Source of the DNA: a virus
DNA length: 64,000 nucleotides
Direction: 5' to 3' (one strand)
IMG/VR virus record: IMGVR_UViG_3300010885_075474
Span: 5,016 to 69,015 of that record
The notes beneath the pieces are model-generated. The model was given only the letters and a program-made list of their open reading frames with translations. It searched no databases and was not told the origin of the DNA. Positions 19,101-28,300 of this stretch are shown here, piece by piece. The first letter of the stretch is position 1. Each line of letters opens with the position of its first letter. Made by a program: the position numbers and the translations under genes.

Positions 19101-22100
19101 TTGTGATAGGCATCAGATATTTGCTCACTTGCATTTCTACCTCCAGAACCATTATCATTTTCTGGAATAAGCCTATCAATAGCCCAAAAAAACGATTCTT
19201 TACCAGAGTTAAGCAACTCAACATATTTGTCGTCTAATGCTTTAGCCGTACTTTCTACGTCCTTTAATGCAGGGTTATCTACTGTGCCGCCTAAACTCGC
19301 GACATCCGACGCTGAAGCAGCCGTTTCGCTTCCCTCAATTTGAGTAGCAGATCCCGCTCCTGCTCCGTCTGCGGCTTGGTTTTCTCCTTGCCCTTGGACT
19401 TCAGGCTTATTGCTGCCAGTTTGCTCGCCAATTTGTTGTCGTATTTCATTGATTTTATCATGCGCCTGTGGCGTCATTTGTTGAAAATGAGGAATTTGGT
19501 TGCTAAATGGATCCCAGGCATCGTAATCCCGGATGAAAGCATCGGCATCAAAGTTTTCGCCTTCTCCATAAGGAGCGAGTGCTTTCTCAATAGATGAAAT
19601 GTCGGCAGATGAAAGTTGATCCAGGCTTTCCTGCTGCTTTTCCACTTCCTGCGCAACTTGCTCCGGCGTATGCTCCGGCCCGGCCCAGCGTTCAGCCGCA
19701 TCCTGGTTTTGAGCAGCCATGCTATTTTTCATGTGCTGAATCGGCCCCTTTGGATTGCTGCGTATGAAGTCCAGTATTTCGTTCTTCATATCAATTGCAG
19801 CGCTCGTACTCATAACGTCCGTACCGGCCACTTGGTCCTTATTGCCTGAATTCATTTGCGTCCAAATCTGCTCGGCCAAATCCTCAATAGATGCCCCATT
19901 CTTCGCTGAATAGTGCATGCGCACGGACGGATCCTGCATTTCGGCAGGGATGTCGGCGCTCAAAGCCGCCGAACTAATCCGAGTACCCGCAGCAAAAGCA
20001 TCCGCAATATGATCCTGCGTTGTTTGCGGATTAAACGAGCGTTTAATATTTTTCGTCGCAGAACCACCGCGTCGATTATCGGAAATAAATTCGTTGATAA
20101 GATTGTTTGCTACCCGATGGAATGACTCGTCAGCATTGGCTTCTTTGAAATTTGGATCAGCCAGGTTTTCCGCCACATAATCTCGGAATGCGGCATGATC
20201 CGATGGCGTCATTTCATCGCGCATCGTTTTGGTGACAGACGACAACGCAACATTTACCGTGTCGTCCACCAAGGATTCCTGATGCTTCTGTTGCGTTTCA
20301 ATGCTCGCCGATTGCTCCCGCTGAAGCCGGTTCAATTCGTTTTCGGCGGCCATCCGCTCATCGCCGATAGTTGTATCTACAACTTTCTTTTGCTGCTCTA
20401 TTTGAGCAGACAAATCAGTTGTTTCTGGCGTGTAGGCTTGTGCCACATCCGCAAACATGGTGCGTGAATCGGGCGCCACCTCGTTGATATTTGGTGTGCC
20501 TTCGCGCTCGGCAAGCGGAACAACGCGGCGCTCGCCCACAAAATCCTGCTTGGTCGTGGGACTTACAAATATTTCCTCGGCTTTCAGTTCTTTTTGCGGC
20601 GCTGCTTCTGGCGCTGCTTCAACAACAGGCGTTTCTTGCTGCACCACTTCAGCGGGCGCCATGATAGCCTGGATCTCCTCGTCGGCAGCCTTGTTTTCGT
20701 CTTTAAGGATTTTTTGCTGCGCCGTAGATGGAGAATCGCCGTAAGCCACTTGATTCGCCATTTTTTTCCATTCAAGCAGCGCCACCTTCGCCTTGTTTTC
20801 TTCAGACATATCTGATGGCAGCCGGTTATATATGTCGGACATTTGATTAACCCTGGTCATGCCTTTTGCCACATCTTCTTCGTTCAATGCTCCGTTTTCC
20901 TGCAATACCGAAAACGCCTTTTGCATGGCTTCCGGAATTTGAACGGCAGCCAGCATGGCAGATTGCGTGAAATCATTCACGCCCCGGCGCATAGCATCGC
21001 CGCCACCGACAAGAGCAGTGGTAAGCGTGGTGAGCAAAAATGTTTCAGCAGCATCTTCAGGGCTGATATCAGTGTCAAGATGCGAGCCATACACGCCATT
21101 GAAAACTGCATTGCTGGCAATATCGCCAAACATCTGCGAGTATTCCTCTTTCAACTCGCCTTTTACTTCATGCAAAACGGGCTTAAATGCAACCTTTGCC
21201 AAATCATAGCCCGACATTTTGCCTGCTAATGCTTTTGCTTCTTTCAGACCCACCGCTTTTGCCGCAGCAAACTTGGGCCCTACGCTTTCAATGTCACCCA
21301 TGTAGGCTTCAAGAACGCTGTTCAGCGCTGTTTTTGTCAAAGCAAATTGAGATGCCTGGGTATCATCCAGGTTTAGATCGCGTTGTGCTTCTTCATAGTT
21401 TTGGCGATGCTGCAAAGAAAATGCTGAAGCCGCAGCGCCCAATTTTGTGCCGCCGCCCAACCAGCGCATGACATAAAGATCGGCCACCACGTCGGCCAAT
21501 TTAAACCCCGCATTGTACACGCCAGTAAACCGGTTTTTCGCGTTTTTTGCCGCCCCGGAATCCACGAAATCTTTGATCTGATCCGTGGTCATTTTAATTA
21601 AACTACCATCCTTATACGCCTTGATTGGATTGCCTTTTTGGTCAACAACAACGTCCAAATCTTTATATGGCGCCGATTTTTCCCAAATAGGCCGTTCGTA
21701 TTTATCGGGCATCGGGAAGTTTACGTTCTCGAATTCCAGCAACTGATCGGCCCAGTCACCTAAAGCATTCGCAATCATACTGCCTGGCTGCACTTTTGGG
21801 CCAGGAATGGCGCCAATCAAAGTACGCGGAATAGAAGCAATACCGCCCACAACCTGGGCAATTTTCCGAGTAGACCAGTTCCATGCCGATCCGGCAATCG
21901 TGTTGTCAATGGCTTTTTTATTCGTTTCCATTTCCGCAAGCCGCTGCGCATATTCCGGATTGCTTTTCGCATATCCATCAAATTGCTGTTTTGCTTTTTG
22001 CGCAAGTTGGAGACCGCCCACATAATGCTTATATGATGGATCTTCAACTATTTGATTGAAGCGGTACTTCAAACCGTCAACATCCATCTCGCTCAAATTC

Positions 22101-22870
22101 GCAGGAGGATTTTCGATGGTTTGGCCCGCTTTAACCAGAAATTCAGACCAATCAGGCCCAAACTTTTGCTCTAATTTAACTGAAGCATTATATGCTTGAT
22201 TTTGGGCAATAGTTGAGGTTTTGCCCAGCACATCCAGATCAAACGTGCCTTGTCGCAATGCAGACTTGCTTGCGTTTATTTCTTTTTGAGCAAAGTTTTG
22301 ATGCTTTTTGCGCATAAATTCTTTACCCACCTGAAGCGGATCTTCCGCCCCGGTAAATTCTGTGGGTGCCTCAATTGGCTTAGGGATAATGTTTTGGCTT
22401 GTAGATTCAGCCGATATGCCGCCCATACCTTGTTTCATAAGATCGGCTTCAGTCAGCCCTGGCACTTCAGTAGTGGGCTGCTGGGCAGTCATTTGCCCAT
22501 CCGGAACGCCAAGGTCTTTTGCGTTTTGCTGGAAATCTTGCGCACCAATAGAATTTTCAAAAAAATCAGATGTAGAATTCCCCGTTGCAGTAGGGGCATC
22601 TGCATTTTCTTTTTGGGTAGATAAAGAGGGCGATTGCCCAACTTGTTGCTCGCTTCCACCAGGTTCTTTTTTTTTTAGATCGTTAATGTTTGTGACAAAC
22701 TCATTTAAAGACATGTCGGCAGCGCCATGCTTTTTCAATACGCTATAAAGGCGCTCAGCACCACCTTGGGCAAATACGGAATTCCTGAAGTTCTCGTAGT
22801 TTACATTTTCGCCTTGCAACAGGTCGTTTTCCAGCATTTGCTGGTGTAAGTCTTTAATTGGATCGCCCAT
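13190..22870 (-). CDS. Giant ejection / large polyvalent protein (two LPD23-like domains, two zincin HExxH motifs)
   Basis: 3226 aa; ATGWERGRDGKWRSEI and ATGWYQNDVGEWKF; HEFGH; HEIQHAVQ..EGF; GEIEARN. Confidence 0.85.
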   Translation of the reverse strand: MGDPIKDLHQQMLENDLLQGENVNYENFRNSVFAQGGAERLYSVLKKHGAADMSLNEFVTNINDLKKKEPGGSEQQVGQSPSLSTQKENADAPTATGNSTSDFFENSIGAQDFQQNAKDLGVPDGQMTAQQPTTEVPGLTEADLMKQGMGGISAESTSQNIIPKPIEAPTEFTGAEDPLQVGKEFMRKKHQNFAQKEINASKSALRQGTFDLDVLGKTSTIAQNQAYNASVKLEQKFGPDWSEFLVKAGQTIENPPANLSEMDVDGLKYRFNQIVEDPSYKHYVGGLQLAQKAKQQFDGYAKSNPEYAQRLAEMETNKKAIDNTIAGSAWNWSTRKIAQVVGGIASIPRTLIGAIPGPKVQPGSMIANALGDWADQLLEFENVNFPMPDKYERPIWEKSAPYKDLDVVVDQKGNPIKAYKDGSLIKMTTDQIKDFVDSGAAKNAKNRFTGVYNAGFKLADVVADLYVMRWLGGGTKLGAAASAFSLQHRQNYEEAQRDLNLDDTQASQFALTKTALNSVLEAYMGDIESVGPKFAAAKAVGLKEAKALAGKMSGYDLAKVAFKPVLHEVKGELKEEYSQMFGDIASNAVFNGVYGSHLDTDISPEDAAETFLLTTLTTALVGGGDAMRRGVNDFTQSAMLAAVQIPEAMQKAFSVLQENGALNEEDVAKGMTRVNQMSDIYNRLPSDMSEENKAKVALLEWKKMANQVAYGDSPSTAQQKILKDENKAADEEIQAIMAPAEVVQQETPVVEAAPEAAPQKELKAEEIFVSPTTKQDFVGERRVVPLAEREGTPNINEVAPDSRTMFADVAQAYTPETTDLSAQIEQQKKVVDTTIGDERMAAENELNRLQREQSASIETQQKHQESLVDDTVNVALSSVTKTMRDEMTPSDHAAFRDYVAENLADPNFKEANADESFHRVANNLINEFISDNRRGGSATKNIKRSFNPQTTQDHIADAFAAGTRISSAALSADIPAEMQDPSVRMHYSAKNGASIEDLAEQIWTQMNSGNKDQVAGTDVMSTSAAIDMKNEILDFIRSNPKGPIQHMKNSMAAQNQDAAERWAGPEHTPEQVAQEVEKQQESLDQLSSADISSIEKALAPYGEGENFDADAFIRDYDAWDPFSNQIPHFQQMTPQAHDKINEIRQQIGEQTGSNKPEVQGQGENQAADGAGAGSATQIEGSETAASASDVASLGGTVDNPALKDVESTAKALDDKYVELLNSGKESFFWAIDRLIPENDNGSGGRNASEQISDAYHKAKADGSNPELVKAVESLLSKEQSVAAPASDVASLEQQVQNATGTAELTDLSNKIDEEMQEAPLPDELTPEYLAEMVRSGIIDNLTYTKSLNYLQGDRDVETQAAYDKAMSLREKLRDEPKDKVLPESLPKTNDKLNRPTVTVLPDGSFVVSDAGHYADALREAGAIYDPISQTWTMAADKKIELDAALSERRADGLDHAQDVRNEKVDGEVGGLLTRAAATLRRYRNRARFKKAATFQEQLDAAKALHGMSKNEMDKATRRVFERIRRAFPNVTVVTNTEEIDAVKDEMVASGEIPNTEAMGQVMGFERNGKVYIDPRVARPDTPVHEFGHIWNSWMRKNQPTLYAKGIDLVKQSNYFTDVLENPAYAHLSEEEKAEEALAQAIGEKGAFITNSTVLVKFKRWLSDMWSSIQRAIGFNPQDMTLEQYVNRQAVLLTGGKTLLKETSEDVRQMKDEIGEMAKFQIIGERGAARAGRMEDKMIADKMEQDGATPDEIWAATGWERGRDGKWRSEIPYGNVNAGNLLQGGPWSLSDIFDAPRLYKAYPELKNIQVVVNDSLNPGQGSFDGKQIEVSSADLGDVEKLNNIMVHEIQHAVQNIEGFDQGANTGVGRKISPEVDAALSNIVSMEMNGSPESMAKYFEEHPEVEELLDDIGELQDFKNLAVLSTDEINSALKQDQEASIIEYASAPGEIEARNAEARRTGTNAPISATEDIGRNVMAANFEAAKSMQEAGMPDEKIYAATGWYQNDVGEWKFRPIQRTYVRQERFPESSYTVGEIFDAPDFFAQYPELKNHTVRFMDQSNMEIRDGEIILPLQYQNGISTVMASMILRGAAQVESNVTAMPMAKSSDPVGNVEQAVMTNQKPRFAAAPQVTASYHARMISAKNILKDQLKKEGLKNMDAKIAQAASDLGLDESDLKRAVEAMALRMGYGTLRIDKGEMLDARSKVRKFMDRYNKRFAKWWQKNLTTRGLMTIDLYAANERRIGRAAAKIYRGEQYIRELESAMKEAYGKDLNDTHWRMVDNVLRGTGDWTVLPPAVGDALRKIRELQDSVSLDLLQSGIAGGEMIVTVLQNAGIDVDAADLENYQGVDLTKALGKLPFERTAEEVDAIRDFLNQHKGAIGTYLYRSYKVHDTKDWEKYKDSLDPRVLQEARDFLQKQAEDQIKQIEQDQIMRLDEIDDQIQAQKDKIADAIANLDQKISDAQDKINDILAKQAAFVANKGVPNKSLDNSLVSWQQRLADFKKRAKAARDMEIEDFAVVDALTNADIVGLPIAVKKIVGARKAIAELYQKQSKVVENNQAKIDVLTHTLNNIEAELNSILYTDDSPVSMLSRGKLGSKDLNSFRQRKDIAPEIRELMGEYHDPRLNFAKSLYRAVNALENQLFLTDLRESQMGNLFFKQPTGDAVAQISSEGNRTLDPLNGLYTTPEIKEVFEEYYQGKGMQDPFWRAYTQLSASVKYGKTILSPVTHVRNFVSNLWFAVNNAYDIRHGSKAFKSFVEAFGKKLPADQAAYFERLTELRLLGNGANIGSINSLMDAMNADAVDAWTEKYLGGGLNAVKKGAEALYGAEDDFFRVLAFETEKARYAKALYGNSFDNLSKSEQTAVEERAAELTIAMLPTYSKVPKIVKNIQLFPFVGTFVAFPAEMFRVTYNQLAITRQELKDPRLRHIGVRRLIGMGIAQGLMGVGLTALGKWFAGVTKEEEDAARYFMFDWQKRASLIWQKLDGKEMAFINLSYTDPYSFLKKPIIQLATKSNNSFAQDMASAAYSFVEPFLSPELTANTIDQVINNKSDRNKDNIYNERKGWLGDWYRLGQFIGSNLQPGIIKFGLDVYSAIAQEGVGDRPPKQLQDVLLGLAGMQTERRNMEQAVSSKFKELKQQKEYSREIFTDDRWKYKKDVEKLKSLYEDANKEYNEVLKEAKFALDSAQKAGLSKAEAIALLEKNNFSKDEIRAIITGRNIQALFKDYNK
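18997..19321. repeat. 31-bp direct repeat pair (1 mismatch) 294 bp apart
   Basis: CTAAACTCGCGACATCCGACGCTG(G/A)AGCAGC at 18997-19027 and 19291-19321. Confidence 0.9.
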
Positions 22871-24519
22871 TAGAATTTATCGTTTGATTGAACTTGCGTT
22901 TTCTTTTGTTTGCCTTTTTGAGATCCGCCCAATATCCCCTTCAAAGAAATTGGTTTTCGCTGCTCCAACGGACCGCGATAAGCCGCTTTCATTTCATCGT
23001 AGGCGCGGTCGTGCATTTTCAATAAAGCATTTTCAGTTCGGTCGGTAATTGGAATCCGCAAAATATCTTCCGTTCCCACCTGCTCAATATTAATCTGATC
23101 TTCAGGAACGCCATCCACCATCACCTTCTCCTTGATCTTCTGCAAATTCTCTTTGCCCTCAGCCTTAATAACTAATTCATTTATAGGGGTGCCAACGTCC
23201 TTGTAGGTTCCGTCTGGCTGCTTCTCAATTTTGGTGCCCAGTTGAGTAGGCTTAACTTCCGCTGAAACGACTTGCATGCCAGGGAATATATCTTTTGCAG
23301 TAAGCAGATAGCCTGCCGCTTCCACGTTTTTATCAGGGTTTGGATCCTTGATATTTGCCAGCCATTGCATTCCAGATGCCTTTTTATCCTCATCTCCGGC
23401 AGCGCTTGGCAATATCTTGTACTCATTTTGCGTAGCAACCATTCCGCGCATCCGCTTGGCCAAATCAGGAATCGCAATCGCTTTGTAATCCGTTTCATTC
23501 ATCCCGGTCGGCCATGGCAGCAACTTGGAATATTCCTGGAGCGCTGTCGGATTCGTGAGCATCACGGTCGCCCGCTCCATTGAATTTTTCTCAAATTCCT
23601 TTTCATCCACTTTCTTTGAAGCGGCCTTGGTGCCTTGATATTCGTTGTACGGCACCTTCAATTCCTTAACCCCATCATCAATCCACTCGGCCAATTTAAA
23701 TGGCTTCCCAGGCTTCTCATGCAATTTTACCTGGTCATATTGCAACACCTCAATATCGCTTTTACCAAGTGCTTGCGCCCTGGAATGCAGATCGGCCCGC
23801 TCATTTGGCGGCATGATTGCAAGTGCGCTCATTAATGATGGCATTAACTTTTGCTGATTCGCAGGATTGCGCATCGTTTCGTCCACAATATCCCATCGAT
23901 CATTGTCGTTGAGCGGAACCTCACCGCGACGGCCATTCACTTCGCCCATCAATTTGCCATAGAAATCCTGAATGTCGGCAGTAGGCCGGGCCTTGATAAG
24001 CGGAGGCGGCAATACGCCCTGTTTAGCCACAACGCGAGGATCCATGTCAAAATAATCCTTTTGCGCCTTAACGGACGCCAAGTCGTACGCATCTGCATCC
24101 GATCCATTGATGTCTGCCTGCACTTTGGTCGCAAGTTCCTTCATTTGCTTGGATGTATTGGCGATGCCCTGAATCTCCATTTGCTGCTTCCGCCATGCCT
24201 GCGCTTCAGGCGTCACGTCACGCCATGGATTTTGGCCTTTTGCCATCATTTGGGCGCCTTTTTCCACCCAGTCATTCATCATAGGCTGAATGATCTCCTC
24301 ATGCTTGAACCAGCGCTCGGGATTGAACTTGGTCAGTGCATCCCTGGCAGCGTCGGCTTCTGCTTTCCTTGCTTTGAGCGCTTCCTGCTTCGCCAGTTGT
24401 TGCCGGTTCGCAAAAAGGCTGAATTCCTCGGAATTGGTGCCCGTAGGCAACACCGTAGCAAGCCCCGTTCCCTGGCGCTGATTATGGACGTATCCCGCGT
24501 TTGAACCTACTTCTATCAT
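22870..24519 (-). CDS. Putative ejection (cargo) protein
   Basis: Position between pilot protein and giant protein; helical, Q/A-rich. Confidence 0.7.
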   Translation of the reverse strand: MIEVGSNAGYVHNQRQGTGLATVLPTGTNSEEFSLFANRQQLAKQEALKARKAEADAARDALTKFNPERWFKHEEIIQPMMNDWVEKGAQMMAKGQNPWRDVTPEAQAWRKQQMEIQGIANTSKQMKELATKVQADINGSDADAYDLASVKAQKDYFDMDPRVVAKQGVLPPPLIKARPTADIQDFYGKLMGEVNGRRGEVPLNDNDRWDIVDETMRNPANQQKLMPSLMSALAIMPPNERADLHSRAQALGKSDIEVLQYDQVKLHEKPGKPFKLAEWIDDGVKELKVPYNEYQGTKAASKKVDEKEFEKNSMERATVMLTNPTALQEYSKLLPWPTGMNETDYKAIAIPDLAKRMRGMVATQNEYKILPSAAGDEDKKASGMQWLANIKDPNPDKNVEAAGYLLTAKDIFPGMQVVSAEVKPTQLGTKIEKQPDGTYKDVGTPINELVIKAEGKENLQKIKEKVMVDGVPEDQINIEQVGTEDILRIPITDRTENALLKMHDRAYDEMKAAYRGPLEQRKPISLKGILGGSQKGKQKKTQVQSNDKF

Positions 24520-25304
24520 TGTGGCCGATTAAAATACTGATTAACGTTGCCCGGGCCATATGCGTTGTACATATTGGTGAGCATTTGATAATACTGGGAT
24601 TGCAGCGCTTTTGAAGCCGCAGCCCCGGCCAAATTGCCTGCGTTGATACCCGCCTGTGAAAGGCCCGCTCCTTTGTATGCGCCGTATCCCGCATTATTGA
24701 TCGCGTTGGCGCCCACAATTCCACCGCCTGCAACATTACCCATGCCGCCAATTGTGCCGCCAAGGATATTGGAGCCAATAGAAGCAAGCCCGGAAAGGCC
24801 ATTTGCAATATTGGTTTGACCGGCGCCCACTTGCTCCCGACCCTCATTGTATTTTTGGGCATATGGCGCGAACTTATTAAGTTGCCATTGCTGGTCCTTG
24901 TATTTCGCCAGCACATCCATCATATTGACCAGTTCACCCATATCTGCGCGTTGCTGCCGGGCCTGTTCGGCCCCTACTTGCATCGCTGCATTATTGCTGT
25001 TTCCCTGGATCGTTGAAATGGCGTCCATAGGGTTGCCGGAGTCGTATGCCATCTGAATAGCATTCGCCTGATTGGCGCCAATCCGATTTTCCAGCGCTCC
25101 CTGCCCAGCAAAACGAGGATCGGCATAATTGCTTTTCGTCAGCGTCAGAGCGCTGTTTATCTCGCCAGGAATGTTGTATTCAGGGCGCTGCAATCCGGCC
25201 AGCGTTTTTTTGCCCGCTCGTTGCTGCCGGATACCTGTCACCAGGTTGTATATGTCGGGGATCGCTTGGAGTCCGCCCATCAATCCTAATGTAATTGGAT
25301 CCAT
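24516..25304 (-). CDS. Putative DNA-pilot / ejection protein
   Basis: MDPITLGL start; Gly/Ala/Gln-rich with hydrophobic ends. Confidence 0.7.
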   Translation of the reverse strand: MDPITLGLMGGLQAIPDIYNLVTGIRQQRAGKKTLAGLQRPEYNIPGEINSALTLTKSNYADPRFAGQGALENRIGANQANAIQMAYDSGNPMDAISTIQGNSNNAAMQVGAEQARQQRADMGELVNMMDVLAKYKDQQWQLNKFAPYAQKYNEGREQVGAGQTNIANGLSGLASIGSNILGGTIGGMGNVAGGGIVGANAINNAGYGAYKGAGLSQAGINAGNLAGAAASKALQSQYYQMLTNMYNAYGPGNVNQYFNRPQ

Positions 25305-25315
25305 CGTTTTTTTTG

Positions 25316-25323
25316 CAAAATTA
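25316..25323 (-). promoter_or_regulatory. Possible -7 box for the ejection-protein genes
   Basis: TAATTTTG just upstream of the ATG at 25304; no clear -33 box. Confidence 0.4.
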
Positions 25324-25329
25324 TGAATT

Positions 25330-28300
25330 TTATGGATTGGTTTTGCCTGAATAACTGAAATAAGCATCCACCGACCGCAAAATAGTCAAAAGGCTCCCAT
25401 CCACCGCAGTCAACTGGATGATCATTACCTGGCCCCGCAACTTCCGACCTTCCAGCAAAGCAGTGGTCTGGCGCAATGTCGGGTTGGTAATATTCAAGAA
25501 CCGGGCGCTCGTGTCGTTCATGTCGCGCAGGAATTCCGCCCAATAATGGCCCTCGTAAGGCTTAAAATGATTGGCCTTCAGTCTTGATATCTGCCCGATT
25601 GCATAGTCGTAGTTAAATGGCACCTTGATTACCGGCGCAGACCATTTCTGATCCGACAGCACCCGCATGGTGTGCCACATCTTATTTGCCCGATAGTCCC
25701 GGTTGAAAGGGAATGTCACGCTTGGTTGATACTGGGTACCGAACCAATTTGAATAGGTTCCTGATTGGAAGAAAAGATACACCCCGTTCCCTTTCCCGGC
25801 CATCAAGTCGTTCCCAATTCGAGCATAGTAATCGGGCTGAAAGCGATAGCGTGATACCCAGCGGTTTTTTATCTCGTCAAATCCAATTGTATCACTCGGC
25901 ACCGATTCGCCAACTCCAATAAACGTGAGCAGATACATTGCATGCTTTCGATCATATCCGGCCACCACAAAGTCGCCTATAACAGCCTGGCGCTCTACTC
26001 CTTTTTGCCGGAAATATTTCACCATCTTGTAAGTGATCGGTTCGACGCCATTTGTCGCATAGCGCCAAACAACGCCCTGAAATTTATCCCACCCATATAC
26101 ATACCCGTTTTCCGCAATCACGGATTCAGGATTGGACGTGCCATATGGCATGATGCTTTCATCTGCAATCTCCAATACTTTGCTACTTCGACCAACAGAA
26201 TTGTCGCCATTCAGTGTCAACAGCCGGTTCCGGTTGATATAAACAGGCTGAATTTTATACCGGCATACGGCGAGCAACACGTTGTTGGCAAATCCGAGCC
26301 AAGTGATGCAGCCCCATTTTCGGTTAATATCCTGGTAGTCAGTGCCTCGGAAAGAGGAAAGCCCATTGATCAGGCTTGATTGAAGATATTTGCCGGAAAA
26401 CCGGATGCGATTGTAAAAGAAAATCTGCGCATTGTCGGGCGCCAAAACGAACGGTCTGCCGATGTCCTGGCATTTGATCGTACCGTCCATGTTGGTCCTG
26501 GGCACCGGATGCTCGGTTGCAATTGATGCAGTACCGGTAAAAGCGTCGTATCGGAAAAACGTGTCGCCATTCACAATGTATCCCTCAGCAGGATCGGTAG
26601 CCGTTTGGTTCTGAATAGGCCCGGCATGATAGCGGTTTATTTGCCCTGGATTCAAAATTTCGTAGCAATCTTCGCCACCCTCGTAATAAATTTCATCGCT
26701 TCCCAGTTCTGGCTGATAATATTCAGCAAGGAAATTTGCCTTGATCTCGAGAGTACCAAAGATATTGGGGATCACCGCATAAATCTTGTTGCCATCCACA
26801 TACTTGCCCACAACGGGTGCCTCGTAATATTCAGTCGCCGTAGTCAGCGCAACGCCCTGGTCGTTCAGGATCAGCCGCACCCGGTCGCCAGGTTCCGGCG
26901 TGTAGGAATATTGCCCATTTTCTTGATAGAACGGGAAGTAATATGCCGTCGAAGTGTTGGGCACAGGAGGAACGTATAATTCCAGGAAGATGTGCGTAGC
27001 ATCACCATTGGCAAATGACGTGATGATCGGATTCTCAATCTGGCTCGGAATCTTCGCCCAGATTACCGACACAATGGACCATTGCACATAATATTTTTCG
27101 ATGGCATTTTTCGTGCGCACAAATCGGTAATGCGTAGCCCATTCAGGCGGTTTAGATTTGATCGCCCATCGAACGCGCCATGGAACGATGCCATTTGGCG
27201 CAGGATGAAACGGAATTGCCACTTTGGCCGCTTGGGTAACGCCGCATGTACGATTGCCCCTGTCCTCATACACGATGCCAAAATCGTACACGCCGCCACC
27301 TTTCAAGAAGCGAAAATTGAATGCAACGCCACCAATAAAGGTGAAAATGAAAGTCGGGCATATCGTGTCGCCTGGAGTAGAAATGTCAATGCTGATCGGC
27401 TTAGGATTTACCGCAGGGTAGTATTGATAACAAATGTCGTTCAGGTAGAGCGCATAAACTTTATCACCAGTTCTAACTGGTGTTTCGGGATATGCCCAAG
27501 GCAAGTATGCAAGTATGGTGCCGCTTCCGGTTGATCCAGTGATCGCAAACCGAGTAGTTCTGGAATAAACCATAATTACACCACCCAAAGGCGCATTTGT
27601 TATATCAGTAGCCTTTACGCGAACAAGTGATCTACGATCAGACAAATGTGTACTCCGATTCATAACAATCAAAGTAGCCACATCGGATCCAACAAGACCA
27701 CCTCCGGTAAATGTTACGGCAGTCAAAGTATCGTTGTACATGCCAAGATAATCTCCCTTATAACCGTCAACCGTTGCTGTTGATGAATTATTAGAAAAGA
27801 ATTTCAATAACCACGGCGGAATTGCTGGATCATAATAATCAATAATAAAACTGAAATAACCATTATGATCTGTCAACACACCTAAGTATTTCAATACATC
27901 GCCAAGGCCAACTAATTGGCGCTCCACATTGAGTGCTCCAATTCTCGTTTCTTTATTTGTATTTCCTGCATTGTTATCCAGCAAATAACCTTCCAGCAAA
28001 GTGACAGACGCATTTGTTCCGCCTGCACTTCCGGGCCTTTTCGACCAGTGCTGATTGCGTATTTTTATAACGCCTGGCGGATTCTCAGTCACCAAGTCGT
28101 AGGTTGTGCCAACAAATGTGGTGAGGTCAACCTCAAATTCCTGCACAAGCGGAACGTAAACAATTGGTACATCGGCAACCCCATATACCGTGACGGGAGA
28201 TGGAGGCGCAACAACGCATTGCGTCATTGGCGATGATGTGCGCTGCCATTCATACCCATTCGACATGTCATAGCGAGGCGACAAATCCGCATTGAAAGAG

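Noticed and set aside
19530-19560. NFDAD as an RNA polymerase catalytic motif in the giant protein
   Set aside because: It lacks the first Asp and lies in a low-complexity region.
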